Origin: Phycisphaerae bacterium
Lineage (GTDB): Bacteria > Planctomycetota > Phycisphaerae > UBA1845 > Fen-1342
DNA length: 64,000 nucleotides
NCBI GenBank assembly: GCA_050115495.1
Contig: JASFQK010000004.1
Location: forward strand, 64,001-128,000
Direction of reading: 5' to 3'
In this document: piece by piece, positions 63,485 through 64,000 of the stretch
Layout: every line of letters begins with the position of its first letter
Position numbering within the stretch: position 1 is the stretch's first letter
The notes under the pieces: generated by a model
Databases searched by the model: none
What the model saw: the letters and a program-made list of their open reading frames with translations, nothing else
What the model was told of the DNA's origin: nothing
Position numbers and translations under genes: made by a program

Positions 63485-63928
63485 ATGACAGCAAACGCCC
63501 CACGACGCCGGGAGAAACCCGCCGATGATCCATCGGCGGCAGACGATGCGCTGGCCTTCGCCATTGCGGCGGCGCGCATCGCTGCGGACAACAAGACCGC
63601 GGACGTGGAAATCCTCGATTTGCGCGGCCTGAGCGGTTTCGCCGATTTCTTCGTGCTCGGGACGGGCAGCTCGGATCGGCAGATGCACGCGGTGGTGGAC
63701 TTCGTCGAGGAGCACGCCAAGGCGGTCGGCCGATCGCCGTTCAAACTGGCCGATTCGCGCTCGGCGCACTGGATCCTGGCCGACTACGTAGACGTGGTGG
63801 TGCATCTGTTCGACCAGCAGCACCGCGAGTTCTACGATCTCTCCGGGCTATGGGGCGACGCGCCGCGTGTGTCGTGGGAGGAGAACAAGCCCGACAAACA
63901 AGGTCCGCTGAGGCCGGAGAACGATTGA
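63485..63928 (+). CDS. rsfS: Ribosome silencing factor RsfS (Iojap)
   Basis: DNKTADVEILDLRGLSGFADFFVLGTGSSDRQMHA...WILADYVDVVVHLF....REFYDLSGLWGDAP. Confidence 0.95.
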   Translation: MTANAPRRREKPADDPSAADDALAFAIAAARIAADNKTADVEILDLRGLSGFADFFVLGTGSSDRQMHAVVDFVEEHAKAVGRSPFKLADSRSAHWILADYVDVVVHLFDQQHREFYDLSGLWGDAPRVSWEENKPDKQGPLRPEND

Positions 63929-63971
63929 GCACGCGAAGGCGCTCGCGATCGGCGGAATCGGACGCGGCTGC

Positions 63972-63999
63972 TTGACGTCCCCTCACACCGTACTATGAT
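63972..63999 (+). promoter_or_regulatory. Putative sigma70 promoter for a gene beyond the window
   Basis: TTGACG-16 nt-TATGAT. Confidence 0.35.
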
Positions 64000-64000
64000 T

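Overview
High-GC bacterial DNA, most likely Planctomycetota class Phycisphaerae. This is inferred from a PEP-CTERM protein, DUF1559-type prepilins with H-X9-DG, an ECF sigma/Ser-Thr kinase pair, CxxCGY...CPECG membrane proteins and C-terminal dockerin-like tags. The window runs from the 3' part of clpB to rsfS. Its core (about 20.7-48.3 kb) is a dense electron-transfer island of 11 c-type cytochrome genes carrying 87 canonical CXXCH plus 4 CX3/4CH motifs (manual count). It includes an OmcE-like tetraheme and an OmcE-domain 12-heme protein, NHL beta-propeller and NHL-cytochrome fusions, a large putative outer-membrane beta-barrel, an OTR-like octaheme lipoprotein, an MtrC/OmcA-like decaheme lipoprotein, a CbcL-like cytochrome c/b fusion, a PAS-LuxR regulator with candidate operators, and a Tat-exported group 1a-like [NiFe] hydrogenase. 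The hydrogenase is flanked by dockerin-like-domain cytochromes instead of a cytochrome b anchor. Together these suggest an H2-linked, envelope-spanning, possibly nanowire-forming extracellular electron transfer system. Other notable items are a small membrane ORF with an in-frame UGA (Cys-Sec) followed by a SECIS-like hairpin (not in the ORF track), a tandem array of variable membrane proteins sharing a C-terminal Zn ribbon, and several REP-like palindromic repeats. I saw no CRISPR array, tRNA, rRNA or transposase. All family assignments come from motif recognition by eye, not database searches.
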